Below, in pieces: positions 38,669 to 52,500 of a DNA stretch of 64,000 nt. This stretch comes from the human T2T-CHM13v2.0 reference genome, Homo sapiens. Below the pieces are notes generated by a model. It was not told the origin of the DNA. It saw only the letters and a list, made by a program, of their open reading frames with translations, and made no database searches. The stretch is from NCBI RefSeq assembly GCF_009914755.1, contig NC_060927.1; one strand, written 5' to 3'. Numbering within the stretch: the stretch's first letter is position 1; the number at the start of each line of letters is the position of its first letter. The position numbers were made by a program, and so were the translations under genes.

Positions 38669-40135
38669 TATATTTTCCATTTTTATTTTAGATTCAGGGG
38701 ATACATGTAGAGGTTTGTTACAAGGGTATATTGTGTGACGCTGAGGACTGGGGTATGATGGAACCAGTCACCCAGGTAGTGAGTATAGCATTCAGTAGGT
38801 AGTTGTTCAATCCTTGCCCCTTTCCTCCTTCTCCTAGCACCTAGTGTCTATTGTTGTCATCTTTATGTCCATGTGTACCCAAAGTCTAGCTCCTACTTGT
38901 AAGTGAGAATATGCAGCATTTGGTTTTCTGTTTCTGCATTAATTTGCTTAGGATAATGGCCTCCAGTTGCAATCATGTTGCTGCAAAGGACATTATTTCA
39001 TTCTGTTTTATGGCTGTGTATATGTACCACATTTTTAAATCCAATTCACCATTGATGAGAACCTGGGTTGATTCCATGCCTTTGCTATTGTAACTAGTGC
39101 TGTGATGAACATTTGGGTGCATGTGCCTTTTTGGTAGGACAATTTATTTTCCTTTGGTATATACACAGTAATGGGGTTGCTGGGTTGAATGGTAGTTCTG
39201 TTTTAAGTTCTCTGAGACATCTCCAGAGTGCTTTCCACAGTGGGTGAACTAATTCACATTTCCACCAATAGTGTATAAGCATTCCCCGTTCTCTGCAGTC
39301 TCATCTGTTATTGTTTTGACTTTTTAATAACAGCTATTCTGACTGGTATGAATATCTTATTGTACTTTTGATTTGCATTTCTCTGATGATTAGTGATGAT
39401 AAGTATTTTTTCACATGTTTGTTGGCTGCCTGTATGTCTTCTTAATGAGGTGGTTTTTCTGTTGTTTATTTGTTTGTTTCTTATAGATTTTAGATCTTAG
39501 GCCTTTGTCAGATGCATAGTTTGCAAATATTTTCTCTCATTCTATAGGTTGTCTATTTACTCTGTTGATAATTTCTTTTGCTGTGCAGATGCTCTTCAGT
39601 TTTTGTCAATTTTTAGTTTTGTTGCAATTGCTTTTGAGGACATAGCCCTAAATTCTTTGCCAAGGCTGATGTTGAAAGGGTATTTCCTACATTGTCTTCT
39701 AGTTTTTATAGTTTGAAATCTTACATTTAAGTCTTTAATCCGTCTTGAATTAGTTTTTGTATATGGTAAAATGCTGGAGTTTAGTTTCATTCCTCTGCAT
39801 ATGGACAGTCAGTTATCCCAGCACCACTTATTGAATAGGGAGTCCTTTCCCCATTGTTTGTCTGATTTATAGAAGCTCAGATTATTGTAGTTGTACAGAT
39901 TCAATGCTATTCTTATCAAGCTACCAACATTACTTTTCACAGAATAGGAAAATACTATTCTGAAATTCATATGGAACAAAAGAGCCCAAGTAGCCAAATA
40001 AATTCTGAGCAAAAGGAGCAAAGCTATTACGTGACTTCAAACTTCAAACTATATTATAAAGCAACCATAATCAAAATGGCATGGAACTGGTACGAAAACA
40101 TACATATAGGTCAATGGAACAGAATAGAGAACCAA
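38669..40135 (-). mobile_element. L1PA15/16-like element with an inverted 5' segment (about 39897-40135 on + strand)
   Basis: Antisense 3' UTR TTTTAGATTCAGGGGATACATG. ORF2 remnants ([27 protein letters not shown]) on the minus strand, then sense-strand ORF2 AGATTCAATGCTATTCTTATCAAGCTACCA. Degenerate TSD GAA(A/G)TTTGATA. Confidence 0.85.
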
Positions 40136-40149
40136 GAAGTTTGATACTT

Positions 40150-40485
40150 TTAATATATTTTATTTTTAGAGAAGTTTTAGGTTCACAACAAAAGGTACAA
40201 TTATTTCCCATACACTTCTTACTCCTATGCATACATAACTCCCTCCATTATCAACATCCCCCACCAGAGTGGCACATTTGGTACAATTGCTGAACCTACA
40301 TTGACTTGTCATTATCACCCAAAGTTTATAGTTTCATTAGGGTTGACTCTTAGTGTTGTACATTTTGTGGGTTTGGACAAATGCATGATGACATGTACCC
40401 AACATCATAGTATCATACAGAGTAGTTTCATTGCCCTAAAAATCCTTTGTGCTCTGCTTATTCATCCCTTTTTCTCTCCTAACCT
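40150..40485 (-). mobile_element. L1MC 3'-end fragment
   Basis: AGTTTTAGGTTCACA...CCCCACCAGAGTGGCACATTTGGTACAATTG...CATTATCACCCAAAG. Confidence 0.8.
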
Positions 40486-43099
40486 CTTACTGTGTATGTT
40501 TTCTTTTCTTCATTTTTTGGTACAAAAATTGGAGAAGGATGGAAGAGTATCCTTTATGAGCATAATTGACATATAATGTTAATTAAATGACAACACAAAT
40601 AGAAATGTGCTTAATATTTTCATGATATTTTGTTCTCACCAGTATAACTATGTCAACAATAATTCTGAACTTTGAAATAATAAGCAAGAACTTTGTTGTT
40701 TTGCTGTTTTGAAAAATATCTCATATTACATTTGAGACAGGCTGGGAATGATCACAAAGTGTTGTAGCAGCTGACAGTGAAATCAATTTATAATTGGCTT
40801 TCATACTTACATACTTATGCATAGATTGTTACAATAAACAAAAACAACCAAAATGAATAAAATTTTATAATACATTTCCTGCAAAACATTGAAATACATA
40901 AATTATGATAATAAAAGAGAAAATTGAATTTGTCAAGATTTTTATTGTTGAAATTGGACCTCTTCTTTTTTATTATTCTCTTTCACTTAAATGGGGAAAA
41001 GATAAAAATGGTATTGTAAAACTTAAGTCTTGAGATTTAAAGGAAATTTCATTAAAAATCAAGTTCATAAGAGGAAAACAATATCTATAAATAAGAACAC
41101 TGAAGATGGTATTTTCAACCTAACATTATTTTGATGGAAAATTTTCATATTACTGTAATTTAAGGGGTAGCATCTTCACACTTTATTACAAACCTATTTT
41201 TTTAAAAAGAGAGAAATAAACAATGAGAGTGAAATGACTCTTTCATAATTTAATAGATCAATTCTTTCTAGTTTATACAATTTAATTTATTTTTTGCATG
41301 TCAAAAGAAAAAAAATCATGGGTAACAAACAATAACAAATGACATTATGTGCTCAAAAAATAATCAAAACTGTCAAAAAATGAATTGTTAAAAAAATATT
41401 CAACAGAAAATAGATATATTGAATAGATTTTCTGATTTTGTCACTGAGTTTATTTTCTCTAAGCACAAACTTAACTTTCTTTTATGCCTCAAAGCCATCA
41501 TACCAGTAAGACTTTGCTAAGTTACAGACAAGGAAATAGGCTTCTGGATAACTCATAGGTTTTCTTTTGCAAATTTATCAAAATTTCCAGAATAGATTAT
41601 GGGTTAGATTTTGTCTCTAAATGAACTCAACATACACTGGTAAAGAAAAAGCCTTTTCATCAATACAGAGTAAAAAGAAACTGTGATAACCGGTGACTTC
41701 TAGAAGTGAAAGTACTTTTAGAGTCTTTGTAATATTTAGCACTAACAAAGAAATAACAAAGGGTAAAACACGGTAGGTTAATTGATAAGGAAATTTATTG
41801 ATCAGTGGGAGAGTTGGGGAGTGAACTGAAATTAGAAATTTGACTCCAGCAAATGAGTCACATATTCTAATTATATGAAAACAGGGCTGGTAGAAGCAAA
41901 TTCAGGTCTGCGTCAGTGTGTATGCACACTGATCTTTTCAAATGGATCACTTCGAAGGCTAATGGCCCTGCTCTAAAAGGGCGGAATTAGATGCTAATCA
42001 GAACCCAGCTTCAACAGAAAGAAAGTTGAAGACTGAGGACCATAATTCCACGAATTTTTATTCACTGATGTATGCTTTCATACACCCAACAAGTGAATAT
42101 AATTTTCCTGAAAATGTGGTCTAAGATAATTTGATTTTAATTCTAAGTAAAAAGAAAATTCTCCCAGTATTATCTAAAATCTAAAATTATTGTTCAGGAG
42201 GACTATTCTGGAGGTTGAAACTGCCTACACTCTACATGAAAATCTCAAGTGCAAATGATTGCAAAAAGCCTTTGTAGGGAAAAAACATGATTCATTTTAA
42301 GAGTTATTAAGGATGAAGGTAAAAATGAATGACTTATTTTCTTTAAATTTCTTCTTCTCCTTACTCTTTTCTATTGCCGCTCCTTTCTTCCATCCAGAGT
42401 TAATGCCTCCTTCAGTGCTGGTTACTCTGAAAGTAATCACTTGCATGGTTTTTAGCCCTCACAGCACAATGGCATCAGCTAAGGAGCACACCTACTTAAG
42501 GCAAATTAAGTCAGAATCTCAGGGATGCTGACACTTGATATTTGTGTTTTAAACGGCCTTCTTGTTGATTGTAATGTGCAGGCAAGTTTGAAAAACTACC
42601 TTCTTAGGTAGAGTTAACAAGGTAAGTCAGAAAGTTTTTTACCAACTAAACACCTACTGTCTACTAAGCAATTACCTTAGTATATAATTGGCAAGTAAGA
42701 GCAGCATAAATGCTAGGCTGTGCCATCATGTTTCTTACAAATTTGTTGCAGTTGAATACTGAGATGTATAAAAACATAATTTCTATAATCTAAGTTAGTA
42801 AGTGACCCTGTTAAGACTTAACTACTTGTTAAGGAAAAATGTAAAATACTTTATGATCAATTGACAAAGTGTGGCTTTGGTTGGACTTAACATTTATTAA
42901 TACATCAGTTACAAGCTATACCTAAAAAATCTTCTTTTCCTAAAAGTTCCAATTCTCTAAAGTTTTGAATAATTTTCTCTTTTTCTTAAAAAAGCAATAT
43001 TTCATTCAATTGCAATCTGGTATGTTTTCTGATTGGAAAAAAAGTTGCAGTTGCAGCTTGTAAGATCTAGAAATTGTGCACACTACTTAAACATCAATT

Positions 43100-43320
43100 A
43101 TTGGTTTAGAGTTCTTTGGATTAGGGTGCATGAATTCAAATTTTAGCTTTGCAATTTTCTAGTTGTGCTTTCTTGAGCAATTCATTTAACCTCTTTGTAT
43201 TTTTATCCTCTCATCTGTAAAATGGAGATAGTAATATTCCTGCCTTATCAAGATGTTGTGAGGAGTAAATGACTTAGAGTTCCTGGCCTATGGAAAGTAC
43301 TATCTAAGTGTTAGTATGTT
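43100..43320 (+). mobile_element. MIR SINE
   Basis: TTGAGCAATTCATTTAACCTCTTTG...CTCATCTGTAAAATGGAGATAGTAAT. Confidence 0.8.
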
Positions 43321-44869
43321 AAAGGTTTTCATGTTTAATGATTTTGAAAGGCTATTTGTATTTATTCATCTTGTAAATACTCATGCATGTGATGTTGGAA
43401 AATATTGTGCAACCATTTGCTTTATATTTATATTGTTGCAAAAATTTTTTGAATTATCATAATATGGGTATGCCTAGGGAGTAAATTATGAATGCAAATG
43501 TCTATTATTTCTTAGATAAAAATAGGCTGAGAGTCCTGAGAGTCATTGGCATAGACCCAAAAAAATTTGGGAAGGAAGAGATCAAATTGGTATGAGCTGG
43601 CATACTTCACTTAATACTCATTCAAAAAAGAATGAGTTTAGGCACTGAAAGCATGTGGCATTTGAATAATCAAGGAAGAATTGGAAAGGGGTTGCTGATG
43701 CACCTCAGAAGTAAGCTTGACTGTGAAATAATATGAATTGAAGCAGGTGTCATAGCTGTCCCTTTTATTTTAGTCTAAGACTGGATTTTTTTACCTCAAA
43801 AAGTAATAGAGAAGGTACCCATACTACCTACGTATTTACAAGAAGATAAAGAGTTCTTCAGCATATGCCCAAATTTCTCTTCACACCCAATACACTGAAG
43901 TTGACAAAACATCAAGATATCCATAATTAATCAGCAATATTGTGATTAAAAATACACTACTAACAATAGATTTTCTATATTATGACATTCAAAAGGTCAT
44001 TCTGAATAATTACAAAATATATGAGAAGATCATAATCATTACCATCATTTTTTATCACAATGAGAAAATTATCCTTTGTTTAGCAGCCTGGGAGCTTGAG
44101 TTTTTCTATTACCCTAAGATATTATTTCTTTAATGGCATCAATCTTTTTGGAAAAGCCCACTTCAGGACACTTAGTTCCAGGGGTTCTAGTTTCTAGTCT
44201 TGACTACAACTCTTATATCTCCTAAATAGATATTTAATTTTGAATAACTTACTAATATTTCAGTTTCCTTATTTTAAAAATGAGGGGTGTTACATTATAC
44301 AAACAACTCACAGGGTTGTTGTAGAAAAACAAATATAACAGCATTCAAAGATGGTCTGTGAAAATAATATATGATTTTACATGTGTATATATGTATTTTT
44401 TTTCTGGGACTGCTACATTCTGAGCTGCAAATATTCTAATTTTGGTATCATTTTGTATTCAGTGAATGCATTTTTCATTGTAAACATCATTCTATGAGTA
44501 GCATCTAGAAATTGTCTGTTTTTTCTCTCTGAATCCTCAGCACTTAGTACAGTATGTAGTATATACCACGTTTTTAAAATGTTGCGTTTGAATAAATGTT
44601 AAAACATGTAATATAGTGTAGTAAATTAAGTCCTGGAATTAAAAGCAGAAAGACCAGATTTAAACTCTAGCTTTTTTTCTTATTGGCTTAATAACTTTGA
44701 GAAGAATCTTACATTTTTGGAATCTTAATTTTCCTCAATGCTAGGATAACGGCACCAGCATGAATTTACTAAAAACTATTGATATAACCCCATAAAACTG
44801 CATAAAATTTAAGTGAGCTCATTGACTCAATGAAGCCCATCCACTAACTTTATTTTGCACAAAATATCT

Positions 44870-45380
44870 CTCTGTATCTATGTGACAGCGTATATTGAAC
44901 AACTACAATGAGGCCAGAACCCTGCTAGGCATTGAGTTACAGCCAGAAACAATAAAATTATGCTTTCTGATTTTATGATGCTTATAATCTGTGGAGTGTA
45001 AAAGACATTCATAAAATAACCACACTAATAAATAAGAATTGCCATGAAGCAAAGAAATCTAGTTCTCTGAAAGCACTGAAAAATTGATGGTCAGAAAAGA
45101 CTTCCCAGGAACATAAAACTGAAACTGAGATTTTGAGAATGAATAAAAATTAATAGGTAAAGGTAGGGGTAGACAAAATGTAATCTGGGAGGAGGGACTA
45201 GCAAGTGCAAATAATCCGTTGCAAGAAACAGCATGATCTAAAAGAGAAAATTTTAAAAAGACTGCTGTTCTGAAGAGCAGAAAGCAAAAACTAGAAAAGG
45301 TTGAGATGAGAATGGAGAGGCAAGCATGCCATTTTACAATGCAGTAAGGACTTTAGTCTATATCCTAGGAGAAATGGGAA
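44870..45380 (-). mobile_element. L2 3' fragment
   Basis: TATTGAACAACTACAATGAGGCCAGAACCCTGCTAGGCATTGAG...GTCAGAAAAGACTTCCCAGGA. Confidence 0.7.
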
Positions 45381-45906
45381 AAAAATTCTCCAAAGTTCTT
45401 CCTAATGCCAAAATTACATAATAAAATGTTCTTTAAAACATTTATGTGAGACCCTCAAAAAATCTATATCTGATTTCATTAAAAATATTTTCTACATTGT
45501 TTTTCAACAGTGATTATGATCACGGCATTTAAAATCCAGTTTATCTGAAAGAATGTCATTTCTATGAGCCTTTGGCCAACTCCAGAATAGGAAGAAAATG
45601 TTTTTACATTTTAAAATAATCGTTTTCAAACTGTTAACAAATGGGAAAAAAATTAGTAATTTAAAAAATATGAAGTAAAACTTTGGTCTGGAAAACACCT
45701 ATTCAACCACCTCCTTTTTACTTAATGTAACTGTGATTCTCCTTTCCACAAATCTACAATTGAAATGCACACAAACATAGTCATAATATACAAATATTCA
45801 CTAATTAAACCACCACTTATTCAATTAGTCCCCACTCAGACATTCCTGTTAGTTTAACATAACATTTATCATCACCTATTACATCAATTAATTCATCAAC
45901 ATTTAA

Positions 45907-46255
<349 letters not shown>

Positions 46256-46449
46256 TACATCTAAGTACTTCCTATTATCTATCTCTCTGTCTGTCTATCA
46301 TGAGCATTGCAAAAAACTATTAAAAATGTAAATAAATTTCAAGCTTAAATTGTAATGCTTGCAACTGATACATGGTTTTAGAAAGTCCAAGGAAGTGATG
46401 TTGGAGATATTCTGAAATGTCAGACAAAATACTATCAAATAAAGAGTAT

Positions 46450-46680
46450 GGTAGCAGTATTGAACACTTACTATGTGTCAGGCACTGTCCTAAAATATAT
46501 ACCTATTTTTAGTCCTCACAGGAAGTCTACCAAGTAGGTACTGTATCCCCACTTTTAGATGGAGAAAATAATTCATACAGAGGTTAGGAACTCATCTCTG
46601 TAATTTATCTCAGAAGGAATGAGCTAGGCTTCAAATTCTGGCAATCTGAATCAGAGGACACAACACTCTACTGTCTCTTG
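46450..46680 (-). mobile_element. MIR SINE
   Basis: TATTGAACACTTACTATGTGTCAGGCACTGTCCTAA...ATCCCCACTTTTAGATGGAGAAA. Confidence 0.8.
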
Positions 46681-47499
46681 TACTGGCATAATTAAATCAG
46701 TTAAAAATAAATTTAAAATTAATGATATGACTGGTATTTAAAAATGGAATGACTTGAATATAAAGGATTAGAGGAAGCTCTCAGGGAAATTGATAAAGTT
46801 CTTGAATAATTTGAAGAAACTGTCATCTTTATTGTGTTTTAAATGTTAAAATTTAAGAATATTACATTGGGCTAATATACAATTTGGCTGGAATAACCAC
46901 ATATATACAATTCATGATTTCTAGAACTTAATGCACAGTCTAATTTGTGTTAAATGTATGACAAAAAACATTATTTTAAATAAAATTTAGTTTTACTTTT
47001 GAAGTCCTAAAGTTTTTTTCCCTATTTACCAGTAAGTTTCAGTGTGCATTTATTGTTAATAATTTTGTTTGTTTGCTTTCAACTGTCTAACCCTCTACGT
47101 AGTTGGTTTAACTCCTCATCACATGCAATATTTGTAGAATGCAGTACACTGCCTTCCTCTAAATAAGAAAATAATAGTGCTTTTTCTGTCATTGGCCTTA
47201 CACACACATATTCAGGATCAGCCAATCATTCATTACTTCCTGGGATTTTGAATCTTAGAGAGTAATGTGAAGTGCAGAGACAGTTGAGAAGCTATTTATT
47301 TGGATGGGGGTGGCTGCAAGAAAGATAGTAGTGAGAGTCAAGCAGCCCCAATGGGGACTGCTAGTGGTGACAATATTGAGTAAAGCAATGGCAGCGTTGC
47401 CATTAGTAATATTTGACCTGGCAGTTCCTGTGGGGTGAACTTAGCAGTGGTTTTGTAGTTCAGTCATTCTCTCTTGGTTTTTGTCTATTTTCAAAGCCT

Positions 47500-47880
47500 T
47501 CGTTTACTCCAAGAAACAGACAGCAGGTGGGTTAAGACATAAGAGAGACTCATTTGAGGAAACTTCCTCAAGACAATGAAAGGGAAATAAGCAGAAATAA
47601 GCCAGGAAAGTTTCCAGACTGCAATGCAGGTCTAACATCCATGAAAGTAGAGGAAGATAAGGTCAGGATTGGTTATTTCTAAGAGAGTGTTGGTCAGACC
47701 AAGGAGATACCCCTGAGTAAAAGTTGCACATTAGAGGAATCCTATATTGGACAGAAATGGCAAAACTTATCTATTCCATCTTCCCTGTGCTCAGTCATTG
47801 GCTGGGAGCAGAATGGAGAAAGTATTGTCTGACGTGAATGTCAGGGTGGCTCCAAAGGTGTGTTTTCATACTCACCACAT
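47500..47880 (-). mobile_element. LTR16-family ERVL solo LTR
   Basis: CAGACTGCAATGCAGGTCTAACA...CCCTGTGCTCAGTCATTGGCTGGGAGCAG. Confidence 0.7.
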
Positions 47881-50536
47881 TGGGTCTCCGAATTATCATT
47901 AATTCTATAAATTGTTGCTTGATATTGTTTCAGAAATGTTCTTTTTCTGTTTAACTTATTCAGAGTCTTATTTGTTTGCAGCCATGACCAACTTATATCT
48001 TTTTATAAAGTCTATTTTTTAGTCACTTTTTATTGGTACCAGTTGTTATTGAAGATTTATGACTTGTTTTTATCATCCATAGGATTAGTACTTTTAGTGG
48101 GTGTTTACAAGTACACTGTCCTGAAATGTTAATATTTCAAGTAAACATTTCACTGCAGGCTTTTCTTAGCATTGCCCTCTTAAAGAGATTTCTCATTTTT
48201 CTTAAGGTAAATCCAAGACATAAGTCATTACATGGTCTGATGACCTGCATCCTACTTGCATCTGGCTCTAATATGGCACGATACTTTTCCTTACTCTGCT
48301 TTCAAATCACAATGCTGTCTCAATTCCATTCAGGTACTGTGCTGGCTCATGTCCTCTAAGAAGCAGGTTCCAAGAATAGATGAGCAAGAGAGGCTTGAGA
48401 AGGATAAAAAAGAGGTGGCTAGAGAAGAAAAGGCGAGACTTTACAATACAGATCAGATATCTGTGAAGGAAAAGTGGAGGGAAGAAGAGTCAAAGACTGC
48501 AGAGCCATTCCAATGGTTCAGCCATGTTGATAAGGAATCAATCAATGAGCCAAAGTTTCCTGTGAAAAAGCTTCTATGTCTCATAAGAATGAGCCTCTGT
48601 GAGTACTCCCAACTCTGCTCAGAACTTGGTAGAAATCCAGAAGTAAGCAGCTAGGGCTGTCAATCAATTATGCTACCTGCAACAGTAGACCTGAGAAGCT
48701 CATTGTTTATGGCCACCATGTCCACCCACCTTTCCAAAGAGTATTTTTTCTCCATGCAGTTCCAGGAAACAGCTTCTTCATAATATCTTTAGGCTTGTAT
48801 GTCTGAGATACAACATAGAAGAAGGAAGTTAGTAGGAAAAACTATAGCCCACATTTCTGTAGTTCATCTCCAGGCTACAATTGATATTTACCTTCTCCCC
48901 TTTTACTCTCCATTCTTCATTTCTTTCATCTTCAACCATCACTAGGGTGTGCAATAGAGACATACATACTTGATGATGTCATCCAAACTTTCATTCTTTA
49001 GTGATCTGAGATTTTGGCAAGTATACACTTCTCAGGCCAGGGTTACTACACATATCCATTCACAGTCACAATGGGAAACACACTACCAGGAGATACCCAT
49101 GTGGGTGACCTGGATCTATATATATTTCTCCATGACTAAATTGTGCAAAACCATCCCTACACCCTCCTGCTGATGACGTTTAATTGTTCCTGTCAGGATG
49201 TGACTACTTTTCTTACTTGTTGGTTCCTGTACACAAGGAGTTTCAGGTGCACTGGGGTCAGCCTTAGCTTGTACTTCAATGGGACCTTTTTTGTGTCCCT
49301 GCTCTTTGGGTACAAGGATCTCCAAGCATGCAGATGCCAGAGGGGTGAGGATAGGAAACCCAAGGTCTTCCATTAGGTCATTGAGGGGGATGGCTACTGA
49401 AGTCACTCTTTTTTTTTATCCTTTGGTTCCTGGATCCACGTAGTCTTCCTTTTGAGGATACAGCATAATATAAAGATCTTTAACTTAATGAATATCTTTC
49501 ACTCTAAAAGATGGCACCCCAATCTTTCAGAGTGTTTTCTCAAAACTAACTTTTCAGCTATGTCTTCAGTAGGCCATTCCAGTGATCTGTGAGGCCAGCT
49601 GCCTCTGGATGGCATGGGATAGGCTATCACCCAAGATGGTCACAAATTCACTGATGTACCTCTTTCATTGTGAATGGATCCCTGGTCATACACAATGTTG
49701 TGTAGGATTCCATACCTGTGGATCAGGAATTCTTTAACTACTTACATTGTGGTACTGGCTGAGCTTCTGAGAGCATGAAAGGCTAATTCACACATGGAAT
49801 AGATTTCTGTCCTTGTGTCAATGTACTGTTAGCTCTTAAAAGACGAAAGGGGCCAAATGCAGTTTACTTGCCACCAAGTGGCTGGTTATTCCCCTCAGGG
49901 AATATTGTCATTCCAGCAGCTCGGGTTTGGCCATTGCTTTCTTCAGGTTTCTAAGAACTACCCTAAAAGCAACTTTTTCCCATAACCTGTTTTTTTTTTT
50001 CTATGAGTTAAATTTCATGTCCTTATAAATAACCTCTGAATTAGTAGATTTCTGCTAATCCAGTCTTGTCTTATGTTTTGCCTCCTTTGATCAAGCACCC
50101 TCAAAATCAACACTGGGGGCACTTCTGCCAATATGTGCTATCTAAATCTTGCTTCTATTCAGTGTATAATATTTTCCTCTGTTATTAGGACCATTAAATC
50201 CCCATCCAAATTATGCTGGGATTTAAGTCTGGCAGCTATGAGAGAAGGTGAATTCAGATTCCAAGGGAGGTATCTGTTGTTCTGTTGGGGACAGCCCTGT
50301 ACCAAGTCTTATGAAACTGGAGAATTCCTAGCTATTAATAGGTAAGAAAGGGGCAAATCTGAAAGGTCTGAGGGTACATAAGGGTCTGAAGACATTCTCA
50401 GAGGAATCTAATCAGACGTCCTTACATTATGTTTCAGGCTGCTAGAATTTTTTCAGCTGAGACCCTGCATAACAGACCTACCTTGACCATTTAAATGATT
50501 CTGAATCTCTGAGACTGCATCAGATTCTTACTCTAC

Positions 50537-50912
50537 TGTATTAGTCTGTTCTTACACTGCTGTGAAGAAATGCCCAACACTGGGTAATTTATAAAGGAAA
50601 GAGGTTTAATTGACTCACAGTTCTGCATTGCTGGGGAGGCCTCAGGAAACTTACAATCACGGCAGAAGGTAAAGGAGAAGCAGGTGTCTTCTTCAGAGGG
50701 CAGCAGAACAGAGAGAGTGTAAGTATGGAAAATGCCAGATGCTTATAAAACCATCAGATCTCATGAGACTCACTCACTATCACCAGAACAGAATGAGGGA
50801 AACTGCCCCCATGAACCAGTTACCTCCACCTGCTCCCGCCCTTGACACATGGGGATTATGGGATTACAGTTCAAGATGAGATTTTGGGTGGGGAAACAGC
50901 CAAACTGTATCA
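50537..50912 (-). mobile_element. MaLR solo LTR (THE1/MSTA-like) nested in the ERVL internal region
   Basis: TGTATTAGTCTGTTCTTACACTGCTG...CTGGGTAATTTATAAAGGAAAGAGGTTTAATTGACTCACAGTTC. Perfect 5-bp TSD TCTAC at 50532-50536 / 50913-50917. Confidence 0.93.
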
Positions 50913-51142
50913 TCTACTATTTCAGTGGAGGAATATAAGACCTCTTTAAAAATCTGTCAAAAAGGCACTATGGTCTTCATATTGAGCCTTTAACAGTTGT
51001 TCATAGCCTTCCATTTTTATTCCCTCCTGGAAACAATACAAGTTAGCATTAAGTAGCCAACTTCATTGTCCTTGTAGGACTTTACATTAGTTCATGTCCT
51101 CTAAGCAGCAGATAGCAAGATGGGATTAAATTTGCAAGGGCT

Positions 51143-51433
51143 GGCCAGGAACAGTGGCTCACACCTGTAATCCCAGCACTTTGGGAGGCCCAGGCAGGTG
51201 GATGACCTGAGGTCAGGAGTTCAAGACCATCTTGGCCAACATGGTGAAACCCTGTCTCTACTAAAAATACAAAAATTAGCCAGGCATGGTGGCATGTACC
51301 TGTAGTCTCAGTTACTGGGCAGACTGAGGCAGGAGAATCACTTTAACCTGGGAGGTGGAGGTTGCAGTGAGCCTATTTGCACCACTGCACTCTAGCCTGG
51401 GCGACAGGGTGAGACTCCGTCTCAAAAAAAATA
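51143..51433 (+). mobile_element. Full-length AluSx-like element nested in LTR16
   Basis: Dimeric Alu plus A tail. TSD AAA(T/A)TTGCAAGGG at 51128-51140 / 51434-51446. Confidence 0.95.
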
Positions 51434-51999
51434 AAAATTGCAAGGGTGTATTAGGAAAGTATTGGTGAGAAAAAATTGAGGTAGAGACAGAAAATAGTAG
51501 GAGAACTGTGAGACAATATGGAGCTAAGAGGGAAGGAAGATGGGTAAAGGTGTCCTACACTATTACAAAGTCTAATGAATCTTTGTCATGGCCAACAGAG
51601 TGTCCTACAGACGAAATTGCCTACTATGTCTTCCATGTCTCCCAGGAGCATGCCTGCCTTACAACCCTTCAAGTGTTCAGTCATTGGCTGGGGTAAGTTT
51701 ATGGAAAGCATAGCCTTGGAGATAAATGTGATGTATTTCGGTGCATAGCATCTAGAGCTCTTGGTCAAGTTATTTATATTTGAAGTTCTGCAAGGTGTAT
51801 TTTCATGGCAGCCATTGAATCAACCTACTCATATTTTCCAAATGCCTGCAATGGTATTTCCTTCCAATGGGTATCTTTGATCAGTTTGGTGTTCCACGTG
51901 GCACTCAGAGTGGCATCTTCTTTGCCTTCTAGGTGCTGAATGAGACAATTACAAACCCTATTATTATTGCCTATTTTTTGGATCACAGCTAACACCACT

Positions 52000-52420
52000 T
52001 GTGTTCATTCATGTCCCCTGAGAAGCAGACATCAAGATGGAATGAGACGTGCCAGATAATTTTGGAAGGAACTCCTGAAAAGAGTAAAGGAAAGGGAACA
52101 TGAGGCTAGGGAAGCCTTAATACCACAGTGTAGGTGTAACACCTGTGAAGGAGAAAGGGAAGAAAGGAAAATCGTATAGGAGGAGTCATAGGCTGCAGTA
52201 CAGTTCTAAGAAAGTTTCAACCAGATTGATTGGAAGTTCTTGAGTTAATGAAAGAATCTCTATCTCACAGAAACGTACCTGCACTTATAGCCCCATCATG
52301 ATCTTTCATTGACTGAGAGTGCTCTGTAAGAACTGTAATCTCAGAGTGAATGAAGGGGAGACTATATATAGGAGCAGCTGAGATCAGTCAATTATGCTCT
52401 TCACATTATGCCCCACTCCA
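52000..52420 (-). mobile_element. LTR16-family ERVL solo LTR
   Basis: TGTGTTCATTCATGTCCCCTGAGAAGCAGACATCAAGATGG...AGATCAGTCAATTATGCTC. Homologous to the neighbouring LTR16 copies. Confidence 0.7.
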
Positions 52421-52500
52421 GACACCACAGTCTCTGCAGCTATAGGGCCTTTTTATATTCTCTCTAGTTGTTTTTTTTTTCTTCCAACTCTTTCTACCCA

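Larger units (their letters stand above)
48338..51815 (-). mobile_element. Decayed ERVL provirus: LTR16 (48338-48720), internal remnant, LTR16 (about 51085-51815)
   Basis: Both LTRs begin (+ strand) TCATGTCCTCTAAG(A/C)AGCAG. Polypurine tract at 48721-48735. Minus-strand integrase motif HPEAAGLTDHWNGLLK near 49564-49611. Confidence 0.75.

Noticed and set aside
42009-42031. Short hairpins (CTTCAAC...GTTGAAG; also about 43617-43638 and 44819-44833)
   Set aside because: Stems of 7-8 bp are expected by chance in 64 kb of AT-rich DNA, and there is no pre-miRNA-length fold.
48256-48654. 132-aa ORF with a charged segment
   Set aside because: Lies in the purine-rich antisense strand of an LTR16, has a TTG start and no recognisable domain.
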